Shown here in pieces: positions 40,128 to 54,495 of a stretch of 64,000 nucleotides of DNA. The position numbers and the translations under genes were made by a program. Location of the stretch: positions 599,237 to 663,236 of the forward strand of contig CAVVHT010000009.1 in NCBI GenBank assembly GCA_963748235.1, written 5' to 3'. The stretch comes from an uncultured Chloroflexia bacterium (GTDB lineage: Bacteria > Chloroflexota > Limnocylindria > Limnocylindrales > CSP1-4). Under the pieces are notes generated by a model that worked only from the letters and a program-made list of their open reading frames with translations, had not been told where the DNA came from and did no database searches. How positions within the stretch are numbered: the stretch's first letter is position 1; each line of letters begins with the position of its first letter.

Positions 40128-41720
40128 ATGACGACCGAAGCCGCATCCGAGATCCAGGTCGAGCGAGTTGAGGCGCCTGCGCTTGAGATGCGCGGCATCA
40201 CCAAGCGCTATCCGGGCGTGGTCGCCAACAACCACATCGATCTCGAGGTCCGCCCGGGTGAGATCCACGCACTGCTGGGTGAGAACGGCGCGGGCAAGAC
40301 AACGTTGATGAACATCCTCTATGGCCTGGCCAAGCCGGACGAGGGCGAAATCCTGCTGGACGGTCAGCCGATCACGATCAATGGGCCATCTGACGCGATC
40401 GCGCGTGGCATCAGCATGGTCCACCAGCACTTCATGCTTGTGCCGGTGATGACGGTGGCCGACAACATCCTGCTCGGGGACGAGACGATGGCGGGACCGA
40501 TCTTCATTGACCGCGCGGAGTCCCGTCGTCGCATCGTCGAGCTCGGTCAGCGTTTCGGCTTCGAGATCGACCCCGACGCGAAGATCAACGCCCTCTCAGT
40601 TGGCTGGCAACAGCGCGTCGAGATCCTCAAGGCACTGTATCGCGAGGCGCGCATCCTCGTCCTCGACGAGCCGACGGCCGTGTTGACGCCGCAGGAGACA
40701 GAGGAGATCTTCGCCGTGCTGCGCCGGTTGGCGGAAGCCGGGCACAGTATCGTCTTCATCAGCCATAAGCTTTACGAAGTGCTCGAGATCGCTGACCGCA
40801 TTACGGTGATACGTCGCGGGCAGGTCGTCGGCCAGCGACGCCCGTCAGAGACGGACGAGGAGGAGCTGGCTGAGCTGATGGTCGGTCGTGACGTACAGCT
40901 GGTGGTGGATCGGGGTGAATCGCAACCGGGCGAGGTGGCGGTACGCGTTGAGGGCCTGAAGGTCAAGGACGACCGTGGGACCGAAGTTGTGCGCGGCATC
41001 GATTTCGAGATCCGGAGCGGTGAGATCCTGGGCATCGCGGGTGTCGCGGGCAACGGCCAAGACCAGCTCGTCGAAGCGATCATGGGTCTGCGCAAGCCGT
41101 CAGCGGGGCGTGTCGAGCTCGGCGGGCGCGACGTGACCGGCAACACGCCCCGCGACATGAACGAGGCAGGGGTTGGCTACGTCCCAGCGGACCGGCACAG
41201 GTTCGGCGAAGTCCTGTCATTCTCCCTGGCCGACAACCTCGTCTTGACCAGCTACTACCGGCCACCGTTCGCGAGCCGGTTAACGCGCAACGGCGCGGCG
41301 ATCGAGGCGGAGGCAACGAGGCTCATCAACGAGTACGACGTCCGCACCCCTTCGGCGGACGTCACAGCCGGCACCCTATCGGGCGGCAACCAGCAGAAGG
41401 TGATCGTGGCACGCGAGTTCTCGCGCGATCTGAAGCTACTGGTCCTCGACCAGCCGACACGCGGCCTGGACGTGGGCAGCATCGAGTTCATTCATCGCCA
41501 GACGATCGCAAAACGCGACGCAGGAGCGGCGATCCTGCTGGTCAGCGCCGAGCTGGACGAGGTTCTGGAGCTGTCTGACCGCATCGCGGTCATCTATCGC
41601 GGCAAGCTGATTGCCTTCGTAGACGGCCCCACGGCGGACAAGAACGAGGTCGGCCTGCTGATGGCTACCGGTGGAGCACAGGACAAGGCGCGCATAGATT
41701 CGGAGACAGTCGTGCAGTGA
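40128..41720 (+). CDS. ABC transporter ATP-binding protein (two NBDs)
   Basis: [24 protein letters not shown], and a second NBD with LSGGNQQK and LVLDQPTRGLD. Confidence 0.9.
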   Translation: MTTEAASEIQVERVEAPALEMRGITKRYPGVVANNHIDLEVRPGEIHALLGENGAGKTTLMNILYGLAKPDEGEILLDGQPITINGPSDAIARGISMVHQHFMLVPVMTVADNILLGDETMAGPIFIDRAESRRRIVELGQRFGFEIDPDAKINALSVGWQQRVEILKALYREARILVLDEPTAVLTPQETEEIFAVLRRLAEAGHSIVFISHKLYEVLEIADRITVIRRGQVVGQRRPSETDEEELAELMVGRDVQLVVDRGESQPGEVAVRVEGLKVKDDRGTEVVRGIDFEIRSGEILGIAGVAGNGQDQLVEAIMGLRKPSAGRVELGGRDVTGNTPRDMNEAGVGYVPADRHRFGEVLSFSLADNLVLTSYYRPPFASRLTRNGAAIEAEATRLINEYDVRTPSADVTAGTLSGGNQQKVIVAREFSRDLKLLVLDQPTRGLDVGSIEFIHRQTIAKRDAGAAILLVSAELDEVLELSDRIAVIYRGKLIAFVDGPTADKNEVGLLMATGGAQDKARIDSETVVQ

Positions 41721-42907
41721 CCGAGCCGATCGAAGCGCCGCCGCCGAGCACGGCTCCGGCCGCCGACGCCAGCCAGACGTACCGTAGCCGCCTATCGGCG
41801 CTGTGGGCGAGCATCGCCCTGCCGCTGATCGCGATTCTGCTCGGTCTCCTTGTCGGCGCCGTCGTTATGCTCGTCACCCAGCTCCTGGTGACCGACCGCC
41901 CGTTCAATGCGATGCTGCCCATCGAGGCATACCGGTACCTGTTCCAGGGCGCCTTCGGCAGCTACGACAACATCGTCCGAACGCTTGTCGCCACAGCTCC
42001 GCTGATCTTCGGTGGCCTGTCGGTGGGTCTCGCCTTCAAAGCCGGCCTCTTCAACATCGGTGCGCAGGGCCAGTTCCTGATGGGCGCGCTCGCCGCGGTC
42101 GCATTCGGGGTCACCTTCCGAACCGCGGATCCGTTGATCGCCATTCCCATCGCCGTGCTGGCCGGTGCAGCGGCCGGAGCGTTCTGGGGCTTCATCCCTG
42201 GAATCCTCAAGGCCGTATCCGGAGCACACGAGGTCGTGACGACGATCATGCTCAACTACATCGCAATCGCGATCCTTGCGGCGGTCGTCAGCGGCCCACT
42301 CAAGATCTCGCCGCTTTCGCCCTCACCGATCACGGCTGATGTCGGCAACGCTGCACTGCCGATCCTCGTGGGTGACACCGGGCATCTGGGCATCCTCTTC
42401 GCACTCATTGCTGCCACTTTGGTTTCCTGGCTGCTGTACCGCACTACCATCGGCTTCGAGATCCGGGTCGTTGGCGCCAGTCCGGACGCAGCGCGCTACG
42501 CCGGCATGCACCCTCGAACCGTCATCGTTTACGTCATGTCGCTCGCGGGCATGCTCGCGGGTCTCGCTGGCACAATCCAGCTGCTCGGCGTCAGCCGCAG
42601 CATGAGTGCGTCGTACGGCACCACGGTCGGGTTCGACTCGATCGCTGTCGCGCTGCTTGGTCGCTCCAATCCATTGGGAATCGTGTTCGCAGCCCTACTC
42701 TTCGGCGCGATGCGCGCCGGCTCAGCGCTGATGCAGCAGAGCGTCCCGCGAGAGCTGGTCGACGTGGTCCAGGCGACCATCCTGCTGTTCCTCGTGGCCG
42801 CACCGGTTCTGATGCGAGTATTCCGTATGCGTGGCGCGAAGGCGAATGTCGGCGCCCCTGAAACGATCACCCGCACGTACGGCGGCGGTGAGTCGGTCGT
42901 GCGCTGA
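41717..42907 (+). CDS. ABC transporter permease (BMP/nucleoside-type)
   Basis: Polytopic 396-aa ORF. The start overlaps the ATPase stop (GTGA). Confidence 0.85.
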   Translation: MTEPIEAPPPSTAPAADASQTYRSRLSALWASIALPLIAILLGLLVGAVVMLVTQLLVTDRPFNAMLPIEAYRYLFQGAFGSYDNIVRTLVATAPLIFGGLSVGLAFKAGLFNIGAQGQFLMGALAAVAFGVTFRTADPLIAIPIAVLAGAAAGAFWGFIPGILKAVSGAHEVVTTIMLNYIAIAILAAVVSGPLKISPLSPSPITADVGNAALPILVGDTGHLGILFALIAATLVSWLLYRTTIGFEIRVVGASPDAARYAGMHPRTVIVYVMSLAGMLAGLAGTIQLLGVSRSMSASYGTTVGFDSIAVALLGRSNPLGIVFAALLFGAMRAGSALMQQSVPRELVDVVQATILLFLVAAPVLMRVFRMRGAKANVGAPETITRTYGGGESVVR

Positions 42908-43983
42908 TGGAGCCCGTCATCCAGCTGCTCTACGACATCCCCATCATCGGGCTGGTCTTCCAGCTGATCGGGTACCTCGTTTCGATCATTCCAGACATCG
43001 CACCGACCATGCTTCGGGCGGCGACCCCGATCACATTGGCGGCGTTGTGCGCTGTGATGTGCGAGCGCTCGGGCGTGGTCAACATCGGTATCGAGGGAAC
43101 GATGCTCGCCTCGGCGTTCGTGGGATGGTTCGTGGGTGTCCTAACCGCAGACGCTTTTGGTCAGACCGTCATTCCGCTATTCGGCATCTCGCCGGCGCTC
43201 ATCGTCTCGCTGGCTGCCGCGATTCTCACGGGGCTGCTTATCTCGGCCCTCCACGCGTGGCTGTCGATCAGCGTGAGAGCCGATCAGATCATCAGCGGCA
43301 CGATCATCAACATCGCCGCGTTCGGTTTCACTGGTTATCTCTTCGCCCTTATCGCGCGCACGTCACCGCTCGGCGCCGGTAGCTTCGATCCCTACACACC
43401 GCCCGAGGCACTCACCGAACTGCCAGTCGTCGGGTGGGTTTTCGACATGTTCCTCTCGCAAGGACCGATCACGATCTCGATGGTCGTCCTGCTGATCGTC
43501 TTACAGGTGATGCTTTTCCGTTCGCGTTGGGGCTTACGCACGCGGTCGGTGGGCGAACATCCGCGCGCGGCCGAGACCGTTGGCATCGACGTCATCCGGT
43601 TGCGCTACAAGAACGTGATACTGGCCGGTGCCTTCGCCGCCCTCGGCGGAGCATTCCTGAGCATGGAGGCCACCGGATCGTTCCAGGACGGCATGACCGC
43701 GGGACGCGGTTTCATTGGCCTCGCGGCCATGATCGTCGGTCGCTGGACGCCCCTCGGAGCGTTCGGGGCAGCGTTGCTGTTCGCCTCCTCGCGCACCATC
43801 GGCCAAACCATCGGCTTCGCCCCACCTCCGGGCCAGCTCGGCGTGTTCCTGAGCGAAGTCCCCGGACAGGTGTGGGACGCACTGCCATACATCGTCACGA
43901 TCATCGTCCTGGCCGGCTTCGTCGGGAGGAGCGTGGCGCCGGCCGCTGATGGCCAGCCGTACGAGCGCGAGTCGGCCACGTAG
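42907..43983 (+). CDS. ABC transporter permease (BMP/nucleoside-type)
   Basis: Polytopic 358-aa ORF. The start overlaps the previous stop (TGATG). Confidence 0.85.
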   Translation: MEPVIQLLYDIPIIGLVFQLIGYLVSIIPDIAPTMLRAATPITLAALCAVMCERSGVVNIGIEGTMLASAFVGWFVGVLTADAFGQTVIPLFGISPALIVSLAAAILTGLLISALHAWLSISVRADQIISGTIINIAAFGFTGYLFALIARTSPLGAGSFDPYTPPEALTELPVVGWVFDMFLSQGPITISMVVLLIVLQVMLFRSRWGLRTRSVGEHPRAAETVGIDVIRLRYKNVILAGAFAALGGAFLSMEATGSFQDGMTAGRGFIGLAAMIVGRWTPLGAFGAALLFASSRTIGQTIGFAPPPGQLGVFLSEVPGQVWDALPYIVTIIVLAGFVGRSVAPAADGQPYERESAT

Positions 43984-44006
43984 CCTTGGCGATCCGGGGC
44001 AAAACG

Positions 44007-44493
44007 ATGACAAGCGACGACCGCCGAATTGCGATGGAGATCCTCGACGCCCAGGAGAGCACAGGGCCCGTGCCCATCCTCGGATCCGAGGCCGCCGCCG
44101 AGCTGCTTGCGCGAACCAAGCGGATCGCGATGGTTGGCGCGTCGGGCAACCCTGTGCGTCCCTCGCACGGCGTGATGCGCTACCTGATCGAGAAGGGCTA
44201 CGAAGTCGTGCCGGTCAACCCCAACGCTGACCTGGTCCTGGGCCAGGTCGCGTATGCGACGCTCGAGGAAGCGACCGAGGCGACCGGGCCGCTTCGACAT
44301 CGTCGACGTCTTCCGGCGGCCGGAGCACACGCCCGATATCGCGCGCTCAGCCGTAGCGACCGGCGCCGGAGCGCTATGGCTCCAGCTCGGCGTCGTCAAC
44401 TGGGAGGCTGCCCAGATCGCCCACGACGCAGGGCTGGTCGTCGTGATGGACCGCTGCACCGCGATCGAACATCGCCGGCTGCTGTTCGAGTAG
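44007..44493 (+). CDS. CoA-binding domain protein (YccU-like); one frameshift as sequenced
   Basis: IAMVGASGNPVRPSHGVMRYLIEKGYEVVPVNP is in ORF 43986-44696. It continues as FDIVDVFRRPEHTPDIARSAVATGAGALWLQLGV in ORF 44254-44493. The switch is near 44285. Confidence 0.7.
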
Positions 44494-44507
44494 CCCGCGC
44501 TGAAAGC

Positions 44508-44776
44508 TCAGCGGATGACGAAGCCGGCGACGATGAGCACGATGCCGACAATCCCGACTGCCGCCCAGATCAGCACCTGGCGGCGCAGCATCTGGCGCAT
44601 GACGTCGGCACCCGTGGTCTCGCCCTGTGCCGGACCTCGGCCGCCGCGCCACGAGTCGTAGCGGCGCGCGTTCTCGGCCAACCGGTCAAGCTCTGACACC
44701 CGCGCGTACGGCGCGCGGATGCGCCAGATCGCGAGCGCCAGCATCGCGACGCCGGCAACCCACAACGCGACGTTGA

Positions 44777-44780
<4 letters not shown>
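44508..44780 (-). CDS. Small two-TM membrane protein, unknown function
   Basis: The GTG start overlaps the gatB stop (GTGA), suggesting translational coupling. There are two hydrophobic helices. Confidence 0.5.
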
Positions 44781-46243
<1,463 letters not shown>

Positions 46244-47428
46244 CTAGCGGCGGTGTGAGTCGACGAAGCGGCGGATGCGGACGAGCGCCTCCTCCAGGTC
46301 CTCGTAGCTGGTCGCCAGGGTGGCGCGCACGTGGCCCTCGCCAGATGGACCGAAGGCGCTTCCCGGAATGACGGCCACCTCGTGCTCGAACAGCAACCGC
46401 TCGCTGAATTGCTCGCTGGTCAGGCCGGTCGAGCTGATGTTCGGGAAGGCGTAGAAGGCTCCCAGCGGCTCGGGCGTCGGCAGGCCGATGTCATTGAGGC
46501 CATCGACGAACATCCGTCGCCGGCGGTCGTACTCGAGGCGCATGCGGTCGACGTCAACCTCGGCCGTCGTCAGCGCGACGGCGGCGGCGTCCTGGGCGAT
46601 GGTGGGTGCCGACATGATCTCGTACTGGTGAACCTTGACGATGCCCTCGAGGAGGTCGGCCGGTGCGCACACGTAGCCGACGCGCCAGCCGGTCATCGCG
46701 TAAGCCTTCGAGAAGCCGCCTATCAGCACCGTCCGGTCACGCATCCCGCGCAGGCTGCTGATCGCGACGTGGCGGTGGCCGCCATAGACGAGGCGGTCAT
46801 AGATCTCATCACTTACCACGATCAGGTCGTGGCGGACCGCGATCTCGGCGATCGCGCGCAGCTTGACCTCATCGAGCACTGCCCCGGTGGGGTTGCACGG
46901 ATAGCCGAGGAAGATGATCTTCGTGCGCGGTGTGATCGCTGCCTCGAGCTGCGCCGGATCGAGCGCGAAGGCATCAGCTGCCGAGGTCGGCACGAACACT
47001 GCCTCGCCGCCGTTGAAGAGAACCGACGGCAGGTAGGCCACGTACGAGGGCTCGTGGAGCACGACTTCGTCACCCGGGTCGACCAGCGCGGCCATCGTGG
47101 CCGCGACGGCCTCGGAGGCGCCAACGGTGATGCAGATCTCGGTTTCCGGGTTGTAGCTGACTGCGTACAGGCGCTCGAGGTGCTTGGCCAGGGCGCGGCG
47201 CAGCTCGATCGTGCCGTAATTGCTCGTGTAGTGCGTACGTCCGGCGCGGAGTGACCTGACGCCCTCCTCAACGACCTGCGGCGGAGTGGCGAAGTCGGGC
47301 TCGCCGACACCGAGGCTGATCACGTCGGGCATCGTGGCGATGACGTCGAAGAACTTGCGGATGCCCGACGGCGGCACGGCGCGGACGCGTTCGGACAACC
47401 GCTGCTTCACGATCACTTCAGACGCCAC
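46244..47428 (-). CDS. Class I/II pyridoxal-phosphate-dependent aminotransferase (AspC-like)
   Basis: PPSGIRKFFD...ISLGVGEPDF...NPTGAV...GFSKAYAMTGWRVGY. The GTG start lies 5 nt after GGAGGTGG. Confidence 0.88.
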   Translation of the reverse strand: MASEVIVKQRLSERVRAVPPSGIRKFFDVIATMPDVISLGVGEPDFATPPQVVEEGVRSLRAGRTHYTSNYGTIELRRALAKHLERLYAVSYNPETEICITVGASEAVAATMAALVDPGDEVVLHEPSYVAYLPSVLFNGGEAVFVPTSAADAFALDPAQLEAAITPRTKIIFLGYPCNPTGAVLDEVKLRAIAEIAVRHDLIVVSDEIYDRLVYGGHRHVAISSLRGMRDRTVLIGGFSKAYAMTGWRVGYVCAPADLLEGIVKVHQYEIMSAPTIAQDAAAVALTTAEVDVDRMRLEYDRRRRMFVDGLNDIGLPTPEPLGAFYAFPNISSTGLTSEQFSERLLFEHEVAVIPGSAFGPSGEGHVRATLATSYEDLEEALVRIRRFVDSHRR

Positions 47429-47537
47429 TCGGCCACCTCCGTTCAGATGGGCCGAGTATAGGGTCGAGCACCGCTTTACCCCCGCCTGCTGCTTGCCCCG
47501 GCGTACCTTACTCAATCAAGGCTCGGAGACGAACAAG

Positions 47538-48389
47538 TTGACCAAGCTGCAACGCAAGCGCTTCGAACAGCCGCTCGAGGTCAGGCACTTTCCGCACGGA
47601 AAGCTCGACGTGGTGGAGCTCGGCGACGTCGTGGTCGGGCGCATGACGCACGAACCGGGGTGGCGCTGGTCTGTCCACGTCAGCCCGATCGCGGGCACCG
47701 ATCGCTGTCAGTACCACCACGTGGGCTACACGATCCAGGGCCGGCTCCACGTAGAGCTCGAGGATGGCGCCGAGATGATCATCCAGGCTGGCGATGTGTT
47801 TGAGCTGCCGCCCGGTCACGACGCCTGGGTGGAAGGTGACGAGAACTGGGTGGCGCTCGACTTCGCCGGCGTCCGCTCGTATGCCCGGCCGCGCGAGGAG
47901 CGCGGCGAGCGGATTCTGGCGTCGCTGCTGTTCAGTGACATCGTGGGCTCAACAGCGCTGGCGGAAGAGCTCGGCTCTGCCGCGTGGCGAGAGGTCATCG
48001 GCCAGCACAACGAGCGCGCCCAGGCCGTGGTCGACCGCTACCACGGCCGCATCATCGACTTCGCCGGGGACGGATTCGTGGCCGCCTTCGATGGCGCTGA
48101 GCGTGCAGTCCGAGCCGCACTCGCATTCCGGTCATGGGTCCAGCAGCTCGAACTTCAAGTGCGCGTTGGCATCCACACCGGCGAGGTCGAGAGCAAGGGC
48201 GATGGCGTTCGCGGTCTGCCGCTTAACATCGCGTCGCGGGTCATGAGCCTCGCCGGACCTGACGAGATTCTCGTGTCGAGCACCGTTCGCGAGCTGCTCG
48301 ATGGGACCGACCTCGCCTTCGGCGATCGCGGCCGGCACGATTTGAAGGGCGTCTCGGGAGCAAGACAGGTCTTCGCGGTCGAGGGTTAG
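47538..48389 (+). CDS. Cupin-like domain fused to a class III adenylate/guanylate cyclase
   Basis: Cupin-type segment [39 protein letters not shown]. Cyclase segment [14 protein letters not shown]...[11 protein letters not shown]...[10 protein letters not shown]...[10 protein letters not shown]. The TTG start follows GGAGAC. Confidence 0.8.
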   Translation: MTKLQRKRFEQPLEVRHFPHGKLDVVELGDVVVGRMTHEPGWRWSVHVSPIAGTDRCQYHHVGYTIQGRLHVELEDGAEMIIQAGDVFELPPGHDAWVEGDENWVALDFAGVRSYARPREERGERILASLLFSDIVGSTALAEELGSAAWREVIGQHNERAQAVVDRYHGRIIDFAGDGFVAAFDGAERAVRAALAFRSWVQQLELQVRVGIHTGEVESKGDGVRGLPLNIASRVMSLAGPDEILVSSTVRELLDGTDLAFGDRGRHDLKGVSGARQVFAVEG

Positions 48390-49961
48390 GCCGCCGGCAC
48401 ACCGCTCTGCTCGCCGGGTGCCGGCGTTGAAGGATCCTCGAGTCGCGATAGGTCGCGCGGTTCGACGCTCCGCCAGTCGGCGTCGCGCGTGATCGCCTCG
48501 TACGCTCGGGCGAGCCTGAACAGACGCAGCTCGTCCCACGCCCGACCGATCAGCTGCAGCCCGACTGGCAGGCCATCTGATAGCCCGCAGGGCACCGAGA
48601 TGCCGGGCAGGCCGGCCATGTTCACGGGCAACGTGCAGGCGTCCGAGAGATACATCGACACGGGATCCTGCAGGCGTGCTCCGAAGCGGAACGCAACCGT
48701 CGGGCTGGTCGGGGCAACGAGCGCGTCGACCTTCTCGAATGCCTGGTCGAAATCGCCCTTGATCAGGGTGCGCACCTTCTGTGCCTTGAGGTAATAGGCG
48801 TCGTAGTAGCCGGCCGACAGCGCGTAAGTGCCGAGCATGATCCGGCGCTTGACCTCGGCGCCGAACCCTGAGCCGCGCGTTTCCTTGTAGTCGGCGATGT
48901 AGTCAGCACCCGGCAGCCGCACGGAGTGGCCGTAGCGGACGCCGTCATAGCGGGCCAGGTTCGCCGACGCCTCCGCCGGCGCGATGATGTAGTACGTGGC
49001 AAGGCCGTAGTCGGTGTGCGGCAGGTCGATATCGACGATCTCCGCGCCGGCGTCGGCGAGCTGCGCGACCGCCTCGCGGATGCGCGCCTCGACACCGGGC
49101 TCCATGCCCTTGACGAAGTACTGGCTTGGCAGGCCGAGGCGCACGCCGCGCAGGCTCGTGGCGGCCTCGTCGTCGCTCTCCGGCAGCTCGGCGGCGTAGT
49201 CGGGCACGTCGATCGGCGCCGATGTCGAGTCGCGATCGTCGCGCCCCGCGACGGTGCCCAGAAGCAGCGCGGCGTCGCGTACGTCGCGCCCGAATGGCCC
49301 GATCTGATCGAGTGACGATGCGAAGGCGACGATGCCGTAGCGACTGACCCGGCCGTATGTTGGCTTCATGCCCACGATTCCGGTCAGCGCCGCGGGCTGG
49401 CGGATCGAGCCGCCTGTGTCGGTCCCGATCGAGACGGGCACCTGGTAGGCAGCAACCGACGCGGCCGAGCCGCCGCTGCTGCCGCCCGGCACGCGATCGA
49501 GGTCCCACGGGTTGGCCGTCGGGACCCCAGGCCGAGTGCTCCGTCGACGAGCCCATCGCGAACTCATCCATGTTGGTCTTGCCCGGCAGTACCGCCCCAG
49601 CGCGCTTGAGCAGCTCGGCGATGTGCGCGTCATACGGGCTGACGTAGCCCTCGAGAATGCGGCTGCCGGCAGTCGCCGGGTCGCCCTCGGTCAGGACGAG
49701 ATCCTTGAGCCCAACGGGAATGCCCAGAAGGGCGGGTAGACCCTCGACTGACCCGTCACGCTGCGCAGCCACGAAGCGTTCGTCGGCTGCGTCTGCCTGG
49801 GCGAGCGCCCCGACTCGGTCACGCCAGTGCCAGGCGTGCAACGGACGGTCTGTCTTATCGATCCGGTCGAGATGCGCTACGGCCAGTTCGCGCGCACTGA
49901 AGTCACCGCGTCGCAGGCCGGCAGCCATCTCGTGGGCGTGGAGACGAGTCAGGTCGGTCAT
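48386..49961 (-). CDS. gatA: Glutamyl-tRNA(Gln) amidotransferase subunit A; one frameshift as sequenced
   Basis: The N-terminus is in ORF 48945-50222 ([16 protein letters not shown]...[18 protein letters not shown]). The remainder is in ORF 48386-49633 ([22 protein letters not shown]...[13 protein letters not shown]). Removing one G of the GGG at 49521-49523 restores the frame. Confidence 0.92.
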
Positions 49962-49983
49962 CGGTGGAACAGTCGTTTGGTAG

Positions 49984-50286
49984 TCAGTTGCCGTGCTCGC
50001 CGAGGATCGGTGGCACGACGAAGTACGGGCGGCTGGCCTCCGGCGCAAGATCCAGGATCCGGTCCACCGGCAGGCTCGGACGGACCTCATCGTCGCGCAG
50101 GATGTTCTCCAGCTCGATGGTCTGCGCTGTGGGCGCGATGTGATCGGTGTCGAGCTCGGCGAGAACAGCGTACTGGTCGAGGATGTGGTTGAGCTGACCC
50201 TCGAGTCGGGCCATCTCGTCATCGGTCAGTCCAAGGCGAGCGAGGTGCGCGACGTGTTCGACGTCCTTGCGCGAAAGCGTTGCCAC
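49984..50286 (-). CDS. gatC: Glutamyl-tRNA(Gln) amidotransferase subunit C
   Basis: LSRKDVEHVAHLARLGLTDDEMARLEGQLNHILDQ. The start is GTG, immediately upstream of gatA. Confidence 0.88.
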   Translation of the reverse strand: MATLSRKDVEHVAHLARLGLTDDEMARLEGQLNHILDQYAVLAELDTDHIAPTAQTIELENILRDDEVRPSLPVDRILDLAPEASRPYFVVPPILGEHGN

Positions 50287-50449
50287 GCCCGAAGGATATG
50301 CGAGCACCGGTCTGAGCGAGACATAGGCTATCGACGCCACCCGCGGGCAGCACATTCAGCGCCGACCGACATGGCGTCGCAGCGGACGAAATCTTCATAC
50401 GGGCGCTTTCCGCTCGCGAGCGATGCCAGCGTGAAGTGCTTCATCCGGG

Positions 50450-52529
<2,080 letters not shown>

Positions 52530-52688
52530 CCGACGATTATCGGGCGGCGAGGCCCTTTCGCCCAAAGTGGACGACGCAGCGACCGGTCGTTCTGGATAAC
52601 AGTACGGTCGGCACGCTGGTCGCTGTGAGCAGTGTTGTCTACATTGCAGGCCCGGGGGGATGCCGTGGTCGTTACTGGAGGTCAACTC

Positions 52689-54495
52689 GTGCGTCGTTCC
52701 GGAATTCGTGGAGTCGCCGTGCTGGCGATCAGCGTCGTCAGCTTGATGGTCCTGCTCGTCGGGCCGACCCGCGCCGAGGTCCAATCGGTGTCTGGCGTCC
52801 TGACCTTTGAGGACAACGTCGCCCTATCCCCAGCGGCTGTGGCGGTAATCACGCTGACCGACCGCTCGCCGGACGGCGCCGGCACGATCATTGGCCAGCA
52901 GCGCATCGATGCACCGGTCGGTGATGCGAGTGGCGCGATCCCGTTCTCGGTTCCGTTCGAGGACGGCCAGATCAACCAGACCCACGCTTATGCGATCCAC
53001 GCATCGGTCGTGGACGGCACGAGCGAATGGCAGAACAAGGCGCCTGTGCCGACCATCACCGGTGGCCCCACCGAGGGCCTGACGGTCCAGCTCATCGCGC
53101 CCAACCACGGCAACCCGGCACAGGTAACCGGCACGATCGCCATGCCGGCAAATGCGCCCGCTCTGTCCACTGCAGCCGTTGCCTACGCCGCGGTTCTCAA
53201 CGCTGACTCAGGCCGCGTGGTAATTCGCCAGACGCTCACCACGCTCGCCGCGGCGCCGTATGCGTTCTCCATTACTTACGACGCCGACCTCGTCGATCCG
53301 GAGGCCACCTACGTGGTCATGGCGGCGGTGATCGACGGCGAGAAGCTGTGGCAGTCGCCACCCTCCCCGATCGAGGCCGGAGGCGAGCCGCTCGCATTGA
53401 CGGTCGTCAAGACCAGCCAGGACATCCCGCCCGCTGGCAGCCCCGCCCCGTCCGAGAGCCCCAGCGCCGAGCCGACCGAAGGGCCGACTACGACGCCCAC
53501 GGAGGAGCCGACCGCCGGACCGACGGACCAACCCACCGAGGCACCGACCGAGCAGCCAACCCCATCACCGACTCCGGAGCCGACTGAAGCACCGACGGCT
53601 GAGCCCACGGCGGCGCCGACCGAGCACCAACGGCTTCACCGTCGCCCAGCCCGACTCCTTCACCAACTGCCAGCCCGAGCCCGACGCCGGAGGTGTCACC
53701 CTCCGTCACCCCGTCCCGACCTCCGTTGCGGGCACGCTTGCATACCGAGAACGCGTGGCGCTCAGCCAATCGGCGGTCGCGACGGTCGCGATCGTGCAGG
53801 TTCAGGGCGGCACGCTGACGGTCGTGGGCACGCAACGGATTGACAATCCCGGCCAGGTGCCGATCAGCTTTCGACGTTCCATTCGACGGTTCTTTCGATC
53901 CAACGCTGGAGACCGAGCTGTGGGCCACGATCACCGACGGTGACAACGCCTGGGCGACCGGAGAAGGCGTGGCGGTCGCAACGAATGGCGCGCCCAGCCA
54001 GGGAGTCGTAGTCGAGCTGACCTTCCGTCCCGATCTGCTCGAAGGCCAGGTCACCGGATTCATCATCGGTACCGGCGACGAGCTATCCGAGAGCGGCTAC
54101 TACATGACCTGGGTTATGAGCGACTCGGGTGACGTGCTCGGTGTCGACAACCAGCTGGCTGGCGGCGGCGAGCCGATCCCGTTCGCGATTCCCTTCCAGG
54201 TCGCCGACGTTGACATCGACACCCTCTACGTCGCGAGCGCGTATGTCAAGGACGAGGCCGACGTGTGGACGACCCAGGAGGGAGCTCCGGTGATCACGCA
54301 GGGCAACCCCTTTGCCGACGTCGAGCTCACTGTCGCCCAGGTCGCGCCCACGCCATCGCCGACCGCGAGCCCGACTGCCAGCGCAGCTCCGACACCGCCG
54401 GCGAGCGGCGGGATTGATCCGCCAGTGTCGCGCTGGTGGCCGGCCTGGCGATCATCGGCGTCGTGGTCGTCGTCATGTTCATGCGCCGCGAGTAG
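52689..54495 (+). pseudogene. Exported protein with four tandem YbaY/YscW-like domains, PT-rich linkers and a C-terminal TM anchor; four frame shifts as sequenced
   Basis: GGAGG lies 7 nt before the GTG. The signal-like segment is VAVLAISVVSLMVLLVGPTRA. The domains begin VSGVLTFEDNVALSPAAVAVITLTD, VTGTIAMPANAPALSTAAVAYAAVL, AGTLAYRERVALSQSAVATVAIVQV and LEGQVTGFIIG... The terminal segment SVALVAGLAIIGVVVVVMFMRRE is recovered in another frame. Switches are near 53625, 53715, 53872 and 54425. Confidence 0.65.

Noticed and set aside
47538-48389. A Pycsar- or CBASS-like antiviral cyclase system.
   Set aside because: No adjacent effector gene is present (no TM/TIR or cNMP-binding protein). The neighbours are gatA and an aminotransferase. 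The domain is an ordinary class III cyclase with a sensor-like cupin.
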